From IMG/VR virus record IMGVR_UViG_3300010392_005355, positions 1 through 64,000 of that record: 64,000 nt of DNA; one strand, 5' to 3'. The stretch is from a virus. The first letter of the stretch is position 1; each line of letters opens with the position of its first letter. Positions 9,602-18,268 of this stretch are shown piece after piece. The translations under genes were made by a program, and so were the position numbers. Below the pieces are notes generated by a model. That model did not search any database, had not been told where the DNA came from, and saw nothing but the letters and a program-made list of their open reading frames with translations.

Positions 9602-9834
9602 TGTCCATTCTCCATCTGCCGGAGGATCGACTCTTCAGTCAGCTCCTCCGGCAGTCTCTCTGCGAACGCTTGGTTCATGATGGCTTGAGCTTCAGAAGCA
9701 CCAGGCAGGCCTGCCACGATGTGAGTGACGGCCATGCCTGCAGCCGCTTCAAGCTTGCGGATCGCATCGTCGCGGTTCGTCTCTTCGATGCGGGCTCTGC
9801 GCTCGGCCATGAAGTCGATGACGAAGTCGGTCAT
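9598..9834 (-). CDS. Hypothetical protein, paralog of 11577..11810
   Basis: Shared GLPGAxEAxAI...LTExxI motif. Confidence 0.65.
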   Translation of the reverse strand: MTDFVIDFMAERRARIEETNRDDAIRKLEAAAGMAVTHIVAGLPGASEAQAIMNQAFAERLPEELTEESILRQMENGQ

Positions 9835-10028
9835 TGCACCAGCCCCCAGACAGCCCCGATGGTAAGCGATGCAAAGATCGCCGCCCCGAGGGAGAGACCA
9901 GCGCCGGCGGTTCGATTGCCCTCCTCAGAATAGAGGTAGGCCAGCACCGCCCAGACGGTCGTCATGTACCCGCCAGCGAGGCCGATGATGATGATCGCCG
10001 TCCATGTGAAGAACGCTTCCGGTGTCAT
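9831..10028 (-). CDS. Small two-TM membrane protein
   Basis: Two hydrophobic stretches. Confidence 0.6.
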   Translation of the reverse strand: MTPEAFFTWTAIIIIGLAGGYMTTVWAVLAYLYSEEGNRTAGAGLSLGAAIFASLTIGAVWGLVQ

Positions 10029-10498
10029 GCCGCCTGCTCCTCTGTCTGCTGGACCGGGAAGCGGAACATGTTGGGGCAGGTGCCGGTATGCATGTCCGGC
10101 TTGCGCAGGCCGAATTCGGACTCCACGACGACGCCGTTCTTCAGTTCGATGAAGCGTGTGCCATCGCTGTGAACGCGGCCCCGCGCGTACTCAGGACGTG
10201 TCTCCACGCTCTCCGTCACGATGAAGGCGCGCCATGGATTGCCACCGCCTTTGCGCTGCAGGAAGAGATCGCCCGCGCGAATGTCGGTGCGGTGACCAAG
10301 TTCGGAAATCTCGTAGGCCTGCAGGCGCACGGTCCACGCGCCGACCTGGTCCCGGTGCTCTTCAAGGAAGGAGCTGCGCTCAATCGGGATGCCGAGCCGG
10401 AGCAGGTAGCCTTCGAGGAAGGCCTTGTTGCTGGCGTAGCGCTTGCCGATGAGGGTGCGGGCAATGTCTGCCGGGTGGGTTGCTGTGTCGAAGGCCAT
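10025..10498 (-). CDS. Hypothetical phage protein
   Basis: Start MAFDTA overlaps upstream stop. Confidence 0.6.
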   Translation of the reverse strand: MAFDTATHPADIARTLIGKRYASNKAFLEGYLLRLGIPIERSSFLEEHRDQVGAWTVRLQAYEISELGHRTDIRAGDLFLQRKGGGNPWRAFIVTESVETRPEYARGRVHSDGTRFIELKNGVVVESEFGLRKPDMHTGTCPNMFRFPVQQTEEQAA

Positions 10499-10803
10499 CA
10501 GTCGTCCCCCTCTTCGCCATAGGGATTGGTATCGAGTTCGGCGGCGGTCATTTTCACCGCGAGGTCCGTGGAAGCCGTGACGAGGCCGAAGGGCACAGGC
10601 GGTTGAATGCCGCGCGCTTTGTGCCGCTCCTCCCACCGCGCATGGCGCTCGCGGTCGACATCTGCGAAGTCGCGCCGCCAGAGCCAGAAGCATCCCGGCG
10701 TAGAGCTTGTTTCCTTCCACCCATGGGCGCGAAGGTAGGATGTCCGGAGGCTGTTGAGCTCGCTCTCGGCTTCCGCGATCTGGTGAAAGTGAACGGCCAT
10801 CAC
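10498..10803 (-). CDS. Hypothetical phage protein
   Basis: Operon overlap. Confidence 0.6.
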   Translation of the reverse strand: MMAVHFHQIAEAESELNSLRTSYLRAHGWKETSSTPGCFWLWRRDFADVDRERHARWEERHKARGIQPPVPFGLVTASTDLAVKMTAAELDTNPYGEEGDD

Positions 10804-11300
10804 GCGACCTCCAGATTGCAGGCGCCGGTGAACTCGACCTCGAACGGCTTGCCGTCGCTCATCTCATTGGCGAGCTGGGCAGCGCGCTCATGGATTGCGG
10901 TGATGCATTCCTGCGTGAAGCCGTCCATGCGAAGGGCACGGTCAGTGACGACGCCATCCGTGTGCTTGATCCGGATGATGGCTAGAGCCAGACGCTCGAT
11001 GTCCGTGCCGAACATATCTTCCTTGTAGGCCTTAATGTCAGCGAGAACCTGATCGCAGAGGGCGTCGAAGTCGGTGCCTTCGTGCCGGGAGCCCCAATCC
11101 GGTCGGCCATCGGCCCGGAATTTCGTTTCGAAATCAGAGTGAATGTAGATGTCACCATCATGGTTGAGCGCCGAGAAGACGCTGACATATGCATTGGGGC
11201 GGCAGTCACGCATCGCCGCTTCAATCTCTTTCTCCCGCATCCGTTTGTGCTCAAGCGCGGCACGGATCATTTCTGATGTTAGTTCAATGTCAGCCATCAC
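10800..11300 (-). CDS. Hypothetical phage protein
   Basis: Operon overlap. Confidence 0.6.
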   Translation of the reverse strand: MMADIELTSEMIRAALEHKRMREKEIEAAMRDCRPNAYVSVFSALNHDGDIYIHSDFETKFRADGRPDWGSRHEGTDFDALCDQVLADIKAYKEDMFGTDIERLALAIIRIKHTDGVVTDRALRMDGFTQECITAIHERAAQLANEMSDGKPFEVEFTGACNLEVA

Positions 11301-11584
11301 GCGGCCCTTTCCAAATCGATTGCGTAAAGTTCTGCAGCCACTGCTGCGCGATACTGCCCATCCAGCCGTGCATGGAAGAATCGGGCGAGTTCCAAATCCT
11401 CATCAGAGACCGGAGCACCACGCTCTCGGGCCAGTTCCAGCTGGTCACGGTGGACGCGCTGGAATTCAAGCGACTGCTTTGCCCAGCGGAGGCGTTCTGC
11501 CGCTTCATTACCCTCGTGGGCTGCACGGGTGACAGGATCATTGATCCGGTCGCGGGTGGCTGTGTGGTGGAAGAGGTCAAACAT
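11297..11584 (-). CDS. Hypothetical phage protein
   Basis: GGAGG RBS before MFDLFHH. Confidence 0.55.
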   Translation of the reverse strand: MFDLFHHTATRDRINDPVTRAAHEGNEAAERLRWAKQSLEFQRVHRDQLELARERGAPVSDEDLELARFFHARLDGQYRAAVAAELYAIDLERAA

Positions 11585-11810
11585 TGGAGCCTCCCTTGAT
11601 AATATCGAATATCGCATCTTCCGTGAGGTGATTTTCCTCGCCCAGAGCGCGGTCACAAATGGCGCGGGCTTCATCTGCACCGGGAAGGCCCTCAGAGATG
11701 CTGGCGGCCACGGCAGATGCCACCAGACGCAGCTGAGTGCGGGCCTTTGTGGCACGCTGCTGCTCCTCACGGGCGCGGCGCTTGGCGGCGTAGTCGATGA
11801 TGTTGGTCAT
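11577..11810 (-). CDS. Hypothetical protein, paralog of 9598..9834
   Basis: Shared motif; operon overlap. Confidence 0.65.
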   Translation of the reverse strand: MTNIIDYAAKRRAREEQQRATKARTQLRLVASAVAASISEGLPGADEARAICDRALGEENHLTEDAIFDIIKGGSNV

Positions 11811-12145
11811 GCTGCGGCTCCGCGCGCCCGCTTGGCGTCGTCTTCAAGGGCGGAGAAGCGGGCAGACCCGTCACGCAGTCCGGCGTGATACTGGAAGGTG
11901 TCCAGCCTTTCGCCTTCGAGGGCCTCCGCAAGGCGTTCGTAAAATGCTTCGGTGAAGCTCTCTTCGAGATATTCGACCTCGCGCCACATGATGGGGAAAT
12001 CAAAGTCCTGCTCCATGCTGGCGAGCGCCATCTCAATGGCCCGGCCAATGCGGCGGCCATGATCGTAGGAACGCTGCGCCGCTTTATCGCGGGCCTCACG
12101 TTCGCGCACTTCAGCCATCCTGCAGTCTGGGGTGTTGGTCAGCAT
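11807..12145 (-). CDS. First gene of the leftward early operon, hypothetical
   Basis: GAGGA RBS, immediately downstream of the oL-like region. Confidence 0.65.
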   Translation of the reverse strand: MLTNTPDCRMAEVREREARDKAAQRSYDHGRRIGRAIEMALASMEQDFDFPIMWREVEYLEESFTEAFYERLAEALEGERLDTFQYHAGLRDGSARFSALEDDAKRARGAAA

Positions 12146-12172
12146 GTCTTGTTTCCTCTTCGATGAGGAAAC

Positions 12173-12222
12173 AATGCATTATGCATTATGCGTAGTCAAC
12201 AGATAATTCTGCAAAACGCATA
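12173..12222 (-). promoter_or_regulatory. pL/oL-like promoter and operators
   Basis: Imperfect 15-bp palindromes AATGCATTATGCATT, TATGCATTATGCGTA, TCTGCAAAACGCATA; TTGACT on the minus strand. Confidence 0.75.
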
Positions 12223-12290
12223 ATATTCGCTTTTGTGAAAGCTATTCGCCTTGCGCGATTTGCGAATTCAGAATCGTCAGGGAGCTTGGG

Positions 12291-12857
12291 TTATTGGGCT
12301 TCAGATGGCTCAGACGCCATGCATTGCTCCACCCAATTAGAAGCCTTTCTTGCGCCAGTCATATCGATAACAAAGGTTTCATCGAACGGCTTGGCACCCA
12401 ATAAAGACATGCGTTGGCCCGCCAAGTGAAATTCAACTTTTGCGCCGTCATAATTTACCCAGTTGGCTGAACGGAAATTGTATTGCTCGAAGAACCTTGC
12501 CCCAGAGGCGCGATACTCCTTAGCTGCTGAGGGATCGCCAGAGGTATACACGTTGGAAATTGTTCTGGACCTGACTTTCAATATTGAAACGTAGGGAGCG
12601 GGATTATCAAAAATCCCGTAGAGCGCAGGGGTAGGTATTTCGCCAGGGTCATCAGACTTTATCGCGTTGCAGACGCGTCCTGATGCGATTTCAATCTGCC
12701 AAAGGTGCCAACCCTCTACCTCCCCCCAGTGCGTGGAGTAACTGCCTGGAGAGTGCTCTCTTTCTTCCCCGTAAAGCCAGCCTTCAGGTTCGGCAAATGC
12801 GCTCAAGTGAAAACAGCTGAGCGATATTAATAGCGCTGCAGGGGGTAAAACCCTCAT
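12291..12857 (-). CDS. Secreted/periplasmic protein co-transcribed with cI
   Basis: Signal peptide ending ...LSAFA; ATGA overlap with the cI stop; AT-richer than neighbours. Confidence 0.65.
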   Translation of the reverse strand: MRVLPPAALLISLSCFHLSAFAEPEGWLYGEEREHSPGSYSTHWGEVEGWHLWQIEIASGRVCNAIKSDDPGEIPTPALYGIFDNPAPYVSILKVRSRTISNVYTSGDPSAAKEYRASGARFFEQYNFRSANWVNYDGAKVEFHLAGQRMSLLGAKPFDETFVIDMTGARKASNWVEQCMASEPSEAQ

Positions 12858-13507
12858 CCCAAGACCCTCCCAATCCAAATCACCCGCCCTAGAACTTCCA
12901 TACGCTCGGCATCGGTCACCGTCATTGTTTCATAAGCGGAATTGTCGGACTTCACGATAATATGCCGCGTCTGCAGATCGACTTGGCACCGCTTCACAAG
13001 CAAATCATCTTCTAAAGCGATAATGTAGATGCCGTCGCGGCCGACCTTGCGAATAGATCTATCGACAAGAACTTGATCGGCATTTGCTAGCGTTGGCTCC
13101 ATGCTGTCACCAGCAACACGAATCACGGCCAAATTCTCCTCTGCTGTTCGCGTAATTCTGCCAAGCTCCTGTTGCCTATAAGGCTGGTATCCAATTGGTT
13201 CGCCGTCTTCAGCCATCGCGCCAGGGCCCGCACTGGCTCTAATGTCGTAGATCGGAATGGTGGTAATAGCTTCCCGATGCGATGGCTTCAAAGCGGTCTG
13301 CGCACCCGTCAGCAACCATTCAATTGGCACCCGAAACGCCGTGGCGTAGCGCTTGAGAGAGTCGGCTTTGACTCCCCTCGATCCATTCTCGTGGCCTGCA
13401 TATGTGGCATATTTGAACCCAAATGCTTCGCATGCCTCCATTACGGTTTCGTACCCCGCATTGATGCGGGCTTCTCTCAATCGTGCTGCTATTGCGGAAT
13501 CAGTCAT
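12854..13507 (-). CDS. CI-like repressor (XRE HTH + S24 peptidase)
   Basis: RLREARINAG HTH; ASAGPG cleavage site; VAGDSMEP catalytic Ser; LLVKR Lys. Confidence 0.95.
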   Translation of the reverse strand: MTDSAIAARLREARINAGYETVMEACEAFGFKYATYAGHENGSRGVKADSLKRYATAFRVPIEWLLTGAQTALKPSHREAITTIPIYDIRASAGPGAMAEDGEPIGYQPYRQQELGRITRTAEENLAVIRVAGDSMEPTLANADQVLVDRSIRKVGRDGIYIIALEDDLLVKRCQVDLQTRHIIVKSDNSAYETMTVTDAERMEVLGRVIWIGRVLG

Positions 13508-13530
13508 ACCTAATCAGTAGCGCGTTGTAT

Positions 13531-13578
13531 TATGCATTAGGCATTGACTTTGCAGAATGCATAACGCATAGCGGTATT
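13531..13578. promoter_or_regulatory. oR/pR-pRM switch region
   Basis: Same palindrome family: TATGCATTAGGCATT, TTTGCAGAATGCATA, AATGCATAACGCATA; TTGACT -35 at 13544. Confidence 0.75.
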
Positions 13579-13860
13579 ATGCGTTTTGTGAAAGACATCT
13601 TCCAGGCATTTGGTGGGAACAGCGAGATCGCTGAAATCACGGGCGAGAAATACCCGACGGTTTCCAGCTGGCTTCTTCGCTGCAGTATTCCGCCCAAGCA
13701 CTGGGGCGCTCTCGTGGAGGCCGCATCGGCACGCGGGATCGATCTTGATTTCGCCGGGCTTGCCCAAATCGCCGCCAACCGCGCGAAGGAGAAGGCCCTC
13801 CGGTCGAAGGAGGCGCGAGCGGCACAAAGCGCGCGCGTCAGACCGGAGCCAGCCCAATGA
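13579..13860 (+). CDS. Cro-like HTH regulator
   Basis: Divergent from cI; FGGNSEIAEITG...TVSSW...SIPPKHW. Confidence 0.85.
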   Translation: MRFVKDIFQAFGGNSEIAEITGEKYPTVSSWLLRCSIPPKHWGALVEAASARGIDLDFAGLAQIAANRAKEKALRSKEARAAQSARVRPEPAQ

Positions 13861-14162
13861 CTCCGGCCGACCGCATCCATTGTTCGTGCGCTTCGTGCGC
13901 AACGTCGAAAACGGCCTCAGCATCCGTCCCCCCTTATGCTGCGCGCCGGAGCAGGGCGGGCATTGCGTCCCCCACCCAGCCTGTCCGCCCTGCTCAATCT
14001 TTCCATCTGCTCGGCAAGGTCGATCTTGCGCCGTGCGCTGACGATGAGAAACGAGGCCGCCGCCAGCAAGTGGTCAACCTCGTTTCTCAGTTCTTCCGGT
14101 CTGTTGTGTTGCATCTATTGCGCAAAGCCTCCTTTCCGAAACGGATATGGAGCGAATGAGCC

Positions 14163-14561
14163 ATGCAACACAATGCAGAAGATTACCAAAAATTGTCACT
14201 GGGCGAGCGGGTTCGGAAGCTCCTGCGCCAGCGATATGGGCCGAACGCCGCGAAGAAACTGGCATCCCTGACCGGGGTCGACCTTCGAACGGCCAATGGG
14301 TGGGTAACCGAGGGCAGGGAGCCGCGTGGGGCGGCCCTGCTGAAAATCATCGCGGATATGGGCCGCGACGGACTTCTGGCGCTGTTTTCGCCGGAGGTCG
14401 AGGAACATGAAGAGCGCCTGCGGAGGAAAATCAGTGAGCACACGAACGAGGTTGCGCGCCTTAAAGCGCAGCTGGCAGGCGGGGAGCCTGTCCCTGCAGG
14501 TCTGGTGGCTCAGAGCCCTGATCCGTCTCCGGAGCACGCGCATCTGGCGCAGCATGGTTAA
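14163..14561 (+). CDS. CII-like HTH regulator
   Basis: AKKLASLTGVDLRTANGWV HTH plus coiled coil, downstream of cro. Confidence 0.65.
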   Translation: MQHNAEDYQKLSLGERVRKLLRQRYGPNAAKKLASLTGVDLRTANGWVTEGREPRGAALLKIIADMGRDGLLALFSPEVEEHEERLRRKISEHTNEVARLKAQLAGGEPVPAGLVAQSPDPSPEHAHLAQHG

Positions 14562-14694
14562 TCCGGCTGCTGCAAAGCGCTGGGAACCCCTGACGATCAT
14601 TCCCGGCGCGGCCCTGAGCTGGGGCCTGATCGCGTTGATGGTGTGGGCCTGCTTCATGCTGGGCCGGACGGTTGCAGGCGAGGTGGCGAGATGA
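14554..14694 (+). CDS. Small single-TM protein
   Basis: Hydrophobic stretch; overlaps both neighbours. Confidence 0.45.
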   Translation: MVNPAAAKRWEPLTIIPGAALSWGLIALMVWACFMLGRTVAGEVAR

Positions 14695-15020
14695 CCTCCA
14701 AGCAGAAGCAGGTTCTCCAATTCATCATCGACTATCAGGCCAGACATGGGGGCGTGTCCCCCAGCTTTATGGAAATGCGTGGGTCCACGGGCGTGAACTC
14801 AAATAGCGGCGTTCACCGGGTGCTCATCTCCCTTGAAGAGCGAGGATACATACGGCGAGCGGGGGGCAGGGCACGTGAAATCACTGTCCTGAGAACCCCT
14901 GACCAGCTGCCGAAACTGAGCCGTTCCGAGAACATCCTCGCCCTCAGCGACTACCTCTCCAGCAAGCTGGATGTGGACGCAGCACATGTTCGTAAGGCGC
15001 TGATGGATCTGCCGTCATGA
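14691..15020 (+). CDS. LexA-type winged-HTH DNA-binding protein (no peptidase domain)
   Basis: MTSKQKQVLQFIIDY...GVSPSFMEM...SGVHRVLISLEERGYIRR. Confidence 0.85.
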   Translation: MTSKQKQVLQFIIDYQARHGGVSPSFMEMRGSTGVNSNSGVHRVLISLEERGYIRRAGGRAREITVLRTPDQLPKLSRSENILALSDYLSSKLDVDAAHVRKALMDLPS

Positions 15021-15775
15021 CCGCCACCACCAAACATAATCCGGGGGCAATCCTCCCAACCACTGAGCCGGGCAACAGACTGGTCAATGGGAATCCTGCC
15101 TCGAAAGCCGTGAGTGCAAGCACGGCCCAAGAGGTCAAATCCGTGCCCCCGGCACCTGAGGGCGTCCCTCAGTCGCTCGATGACGGTGCTTATATTGCGG
15201 TCAAGGATTCCAACCCGGCGTCTGTTTTCAGCGGGCTTCGTCCGTTTTCGTATGATCTGATCGTTGCGGATCCGCCATGGACGTTTGAGACATATTCAGA
15301 CAAGGGCCATGGTAAGGCTGCGCAGGCGCAATACGACTGCATGCCTCTCGACCAGATCAAGGCACTTCCGGTGGGTGAACTCGCCGCCGGTGATTCCCTA
15401 TTATGGCTGTGGGCCACGAATCCAATGCTACCGCAGGCGTTCGAAGTCATCGCTGCCTGGGGCTTTCGGTTCGTCACGGCCGGCACATGGGTCAAGACCA
15501 CGGCCAAGGGCAAGCTCGCCTTCGGAACCGGCTATCGCTTGCGCAGCGCCAATGAGCCCTTCCTGATCGCCACGAATGGTAATCCTCAAACCGCGAAGAA
15601 TGTCCGCTCCGTAATTATGGCAGAGGCGCGAGAGCATTCACGCAAGCCCGACGAGGCTTTCGCTGCGGCTGAGGCGCTGGTGCCCAATGCCCGTCGGCTT
15701 GAACTGTTCAGCAGGCAGTCTCGGGAGGGTTGGGATACCTGGGGCTTTGAAGCGGGGAAATTCGATGACCTGTGA
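15017..15775 (+). CDS. MT-A70 family N6-adenine methyltransferase
   Basis: IVADPPW; LWLWATNP; REHSRKP; LELFSR. Confidence 0.93.
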   Translation: MTATTKHNPGAILPTTEPGNRLVNGNPASKAVSASTAQEVKSVPPAPEGVPQSLDDGAYIAVKDSNPASVFSGLRPFSYDLIVADPPWTFETYSDKGHGKAAQAQYDCMPLDQIKALPVGELAAGDSLLWLWATNPMLPQAFEVIAAWGFRFVTAGTWVKTTAKGKLAFGTGYRLRSANEPFLIATNGNPQTAKNVRSVIMAEAREHSRKPDEAFAAAEALVPNARRLELFSRQSREGWDTWGFEAGKFDDL

Positions 15776-15956
15776 AGACTGCGCTTTCCACGACATCACC
15801 ACCCCGGCCACCAAGGTCGTAAGATCATGGACGTGGAACAACACGGACGATTTCCGCCATGTGTGTAACCGCCACTTTGACCTGCAGTTTGAGCTGACAA
15901 AGCGGCTGAACGCGGCGGGGCTGGGCGGGCATCAGGGACGCGAGGTGAGGGTATGA
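15765..15956 (+). CDS. Small Cys/His protein
   Basis: CEDC...HVC; overlaps neighbours. Confidence 0.45.
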   Translation: MTCEDCAFHDITTPATKVVRSWTWNNTDDFRHVCNRHFDLQFELTKRLNAAGLGGHQGREVRV

Positions 15957-16843
15957 GCAGGTTCGCAGCCGTCCCAACCGCTGCTTTGGATGACCCTCGC
16001 CTTGAGGCGATGCACATTCGTGTTCTTACGTCCCTGTGCAGCTTTGCCGACAAGGACGGGTGGTGCCGGGTCGGACAGGACAAGATTGCCGAAAGGGCGC
16101 GTACAAATAACGCGCGCGTATCAAGCTCGCTTTCCGACCTCTGCAAGTGGGGATGGGTCAACAAAAAACGCATCGGAAAAATGAAGGCGAATGTCTATCA
16201 GGTTTTGATGGATAGGGAGCTTGATGAGAGCCTTCCGATGCCTGATGAGAATGAGTGTTTTGCTGACACGGCAAAACATGTGAATTGCCAAGACAGCAAA
16301 TCAGAATTGCCACCAGAGCAAATCACGTTTGCTCACACGGCAAATCCATTAGGAACACCGTTCTCTAACACCGTTCTTAACACCAATATTGTTGGCGCGC
16401 AGAGCGCGCAACCACCCCCGGAGCCAGACCAACCGAAACGGAAATCCGTCCCGAGAGGGTCAGCACGCGGAGCGCGCATCCCTGAAAACTGGTCACCCAC
16501 CACGAAAGACTACGCCTTTGCCGCAGAGCAGGGCCTCAGCCGTGAGGAAATCAACCATGAGCACGAACAATTCCGGGACCACTGGGTTTCGGCCACTGGC
16601 AAGGGTTCTACCAAGCGAGACTGGTCAGCAGCGTGGCGAACCTGGGTCCGAAACACGATCAAATGGCGCACTGAGCGTGCAGCCAGATCGGCTTCTCGCC
16701 CGCAGCCCGCAGGACAATCTCGCGGCGGCGGTCTCGTCGCTGCAGGCCTGCGGAGTATCCGTGAAACACGAGGTTACGGGGAGCAGGTTTCCGAAGAAGG
16801 GCGGGTGGGAGCCCATCATGGACCTGACCGTGAAGCTGGCTGA
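15953..16843 (+). CDS. Phage replication initiator (N-term HTH, C-term DnaT-like domain)
   Basis: N-term wHTH; RGARIPENWSP...FRDHW...KRDWSAAWRTWVRN; internal iterons. Confidence 0.8.
   Translation: MSRFAAVPTAALDDPRLEAMHIRVLTSLCSFADKDGWCRVGQDKIAERARTNNARVSSSLSDLCKWGWVNKKRIGKMKANVYQVLMDRELDESLPMPDENECFADTAKHVNCQDSKSELPPEQITFAHTANPLGTPFSNTVLNTNIVGAQSAQPPPEPDQPKRKSVPRGSARGARIPENWSPTTKDYAFAAEQGLSREEINHEHEQFRDHWVSATGKGSTKRDWSAAWRTWVRNTIKWRTERAARSASRPQPAGQSRGGGLVAAGLRSIRETRGYGEQVSEEGRVGAHHGPDREAG
16260..16388. repeat. Replication origin iterons
   Basis: Four TTGC-N7-GCAA units at 16260, 16285, 16307, 16329, then AACACCGTTCT repeats. Confidence 0.75.
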
Positions 16844-17177
16844 TCAGGTTGATGTTGACCGCGTAAATGGCGTGCTCAAGGGACTGTCTGCACCCGCACC
16901 AAAGAGCAAGATTATCGAGTGGCTAACGATCTGTGCAGTGAAGACCGGGCACGCAAAGCAGGACGATATGTCCAGCGAGTTGAAGCTGAAGGTTTATGCT
17001 GACGATCTGTCCAAATTTCCCGGCGATATTGTGCGGCACGTTCTGGCCGAGTGGCCCAGCAAGAGTAGCTGGTTTCCCCACTGGAAGGAACTGGAGGACG
17101 AGATTGCCTCGCTCTCCGGCATCCGACCTCAGATCATAAGCCGCGTCAGCGCACGGATACAGGAGGCCCGCTCATGA
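16818..17177 (+). CDS. Putative helicase loader/replication accessory protein
   Basis: Follows initiator; YADDLSKFPGDIVRHVL...WFPHWKEL; start uncertain (frame open from 16389). Confidence 0.55.
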   Translation: MDLTVKLADQVDVDRVNGVLKGLSAPAPKSKIIEWLTICAVKTGHAKQDDMSSELKLKVYADDLSKFPGDIVRHVLAEWPSKSSWFPHWKELEDEIASLSGIRPQIISRVSARIQEARS

Positions 17178-17536
17178 CGCTTTCACCCAAACTCGCAGAG
17201 GCCTGCCGTGTAGCAGACATCTCTCTGGAAGACCTGCGTTCAACGTCAAAGCTGAAGCGCCTCACAGACAAGCGCGCTGTCGCCTATCACTATCTGTGCG
17301 TTGTCCGGGGCATGAGCTGGCCGTCAGCCGCCCGTCTCGTTCGCCGTGATCACTCAACCCTGATCTACGGGGCACAGAAGCATTCGCATGAGGCTTACGG
17401 CACGCGCCCCAAGGCGACAACTCAGGAAATGCGGGACGCTTTCGAGGCGAAAGAGGCGGCCGCTCTGAAGGCATGCCCATGGGTTCAGGCCTATGACCTC
17501 AACACACAGCCAGCAAAGGAGACTGCTGATGTTTAA
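17174..17536 (+). CDS. DnaA C-terminal-like HTH protein
   Basis: DLRSTSKLKRL...RAVAYH...GMSWPSAARLVRRDHSTLIYG. Confidence 0.7.
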   Translation: MTLSPKLAEACRVADISLEDLRSTSKLKRLTDKRAVAYHYLCVVRGMSWPSAARLVRRDHSTLIYGAQKHSHEAYGTRPKATTQEMRDAFEAKEAAALKACPWVQAYDLNTQPAKETADV

Positions 17537-17876
17537 GCTTGGGGAACTTGTTATCTGCATTGATGACAGTCCGGACACTGGCTGCCCATGCAATGTGAAG
17601 AAGGGGGCGGTTTACACCGTCAAGGCTTTCTACCCGGCTGGGTTCGGCTTCCCGCTTGGGTACACAGCGAACAGGGATTTGCTCGGCGTTGGTGTTCCCA
17701 ACGAGGCGCTCAAGAAGCATTGGGACTGCAAGGGTCTAAGCGACGGCCCAGTCGATCTATGGGATAGCACCCGTTTTCAGCGCCTAGAGCGCAACGAGGA
17801 CTCTATCCAGCAATCCAAGACCATATTCCGCAAGATGGCGGATGACGTCAAAGCTTTGGAGGTGGTCGGGAAATGA
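17529..17876 (+). CDS. Hypothetical phage protein
   Basis: MFKLGELVICID pattern; AGGAG RBS. Confidence 0.6.
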   Translation: MFKLGELVICIDDSPDTGCPCNVKKGAVYTVKAFYPAGFGFPLGYTANRDLLGVGVPNEALKKHWDCKGLSDGPVDLWDSTRFQRLERNEDSIQQSKTIFRKMADDVKALEVVGK

Positions 17877-18268
17877 GCTGGAGAGAGTACGAGCCCGCAA
17901 CTAGCCAACATCATGAGCGATATGGCGTGTGGGTCAGCTGTGAAAAGAATTCTAAATCCCAGCACAAACCCATCATTGTCATCAGGATTTATCCAGACGT
18001 CCTTGAGAAAGCAGAAATACTGACAGAGGGGTCTGCCGTTCGCGTATTCTTTGGTGAGGGAGAGCACGTAGGTAAGCTTCGCATCGAGACAGACAGAAGC
18101 GCCAAGCTGAAGCTGCGCAGAGAAACCAAGCTCAAGACCTATGCACTCTATGTTAGAGTGCGACACCCAGACTTTAGAGAAAAATTCCCGTACAGAAATG
18201 TTCAGTACACCGTGAACGCCCCTGATCGAATTACCCTAGATCTTGGTACCGATGGAGGGGCATCATGA
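17873..18268 (+). CDS. Hypothetical protein (AT-richer)
   Basis: ATGA overlaps at both ends. Confidence 0.55.
   Translation: MSWREYEPATSQHHERYGVWVSCEKNSKSQHKPIIVIRIYPDVLEKAEILTEGSAVRVFFGEGEHVGKLRIETDRSAKLKLRRETKLKTYALYVRVRHPDFREKFPYRNVQYTVNAPDRITLDLGTDGGAS

Noticed and set aside
14691-15020. Host lexA gene
   Set aside because: Only the DNA-binding domain is present, no S24 peptidase, and it lies in a phage operon
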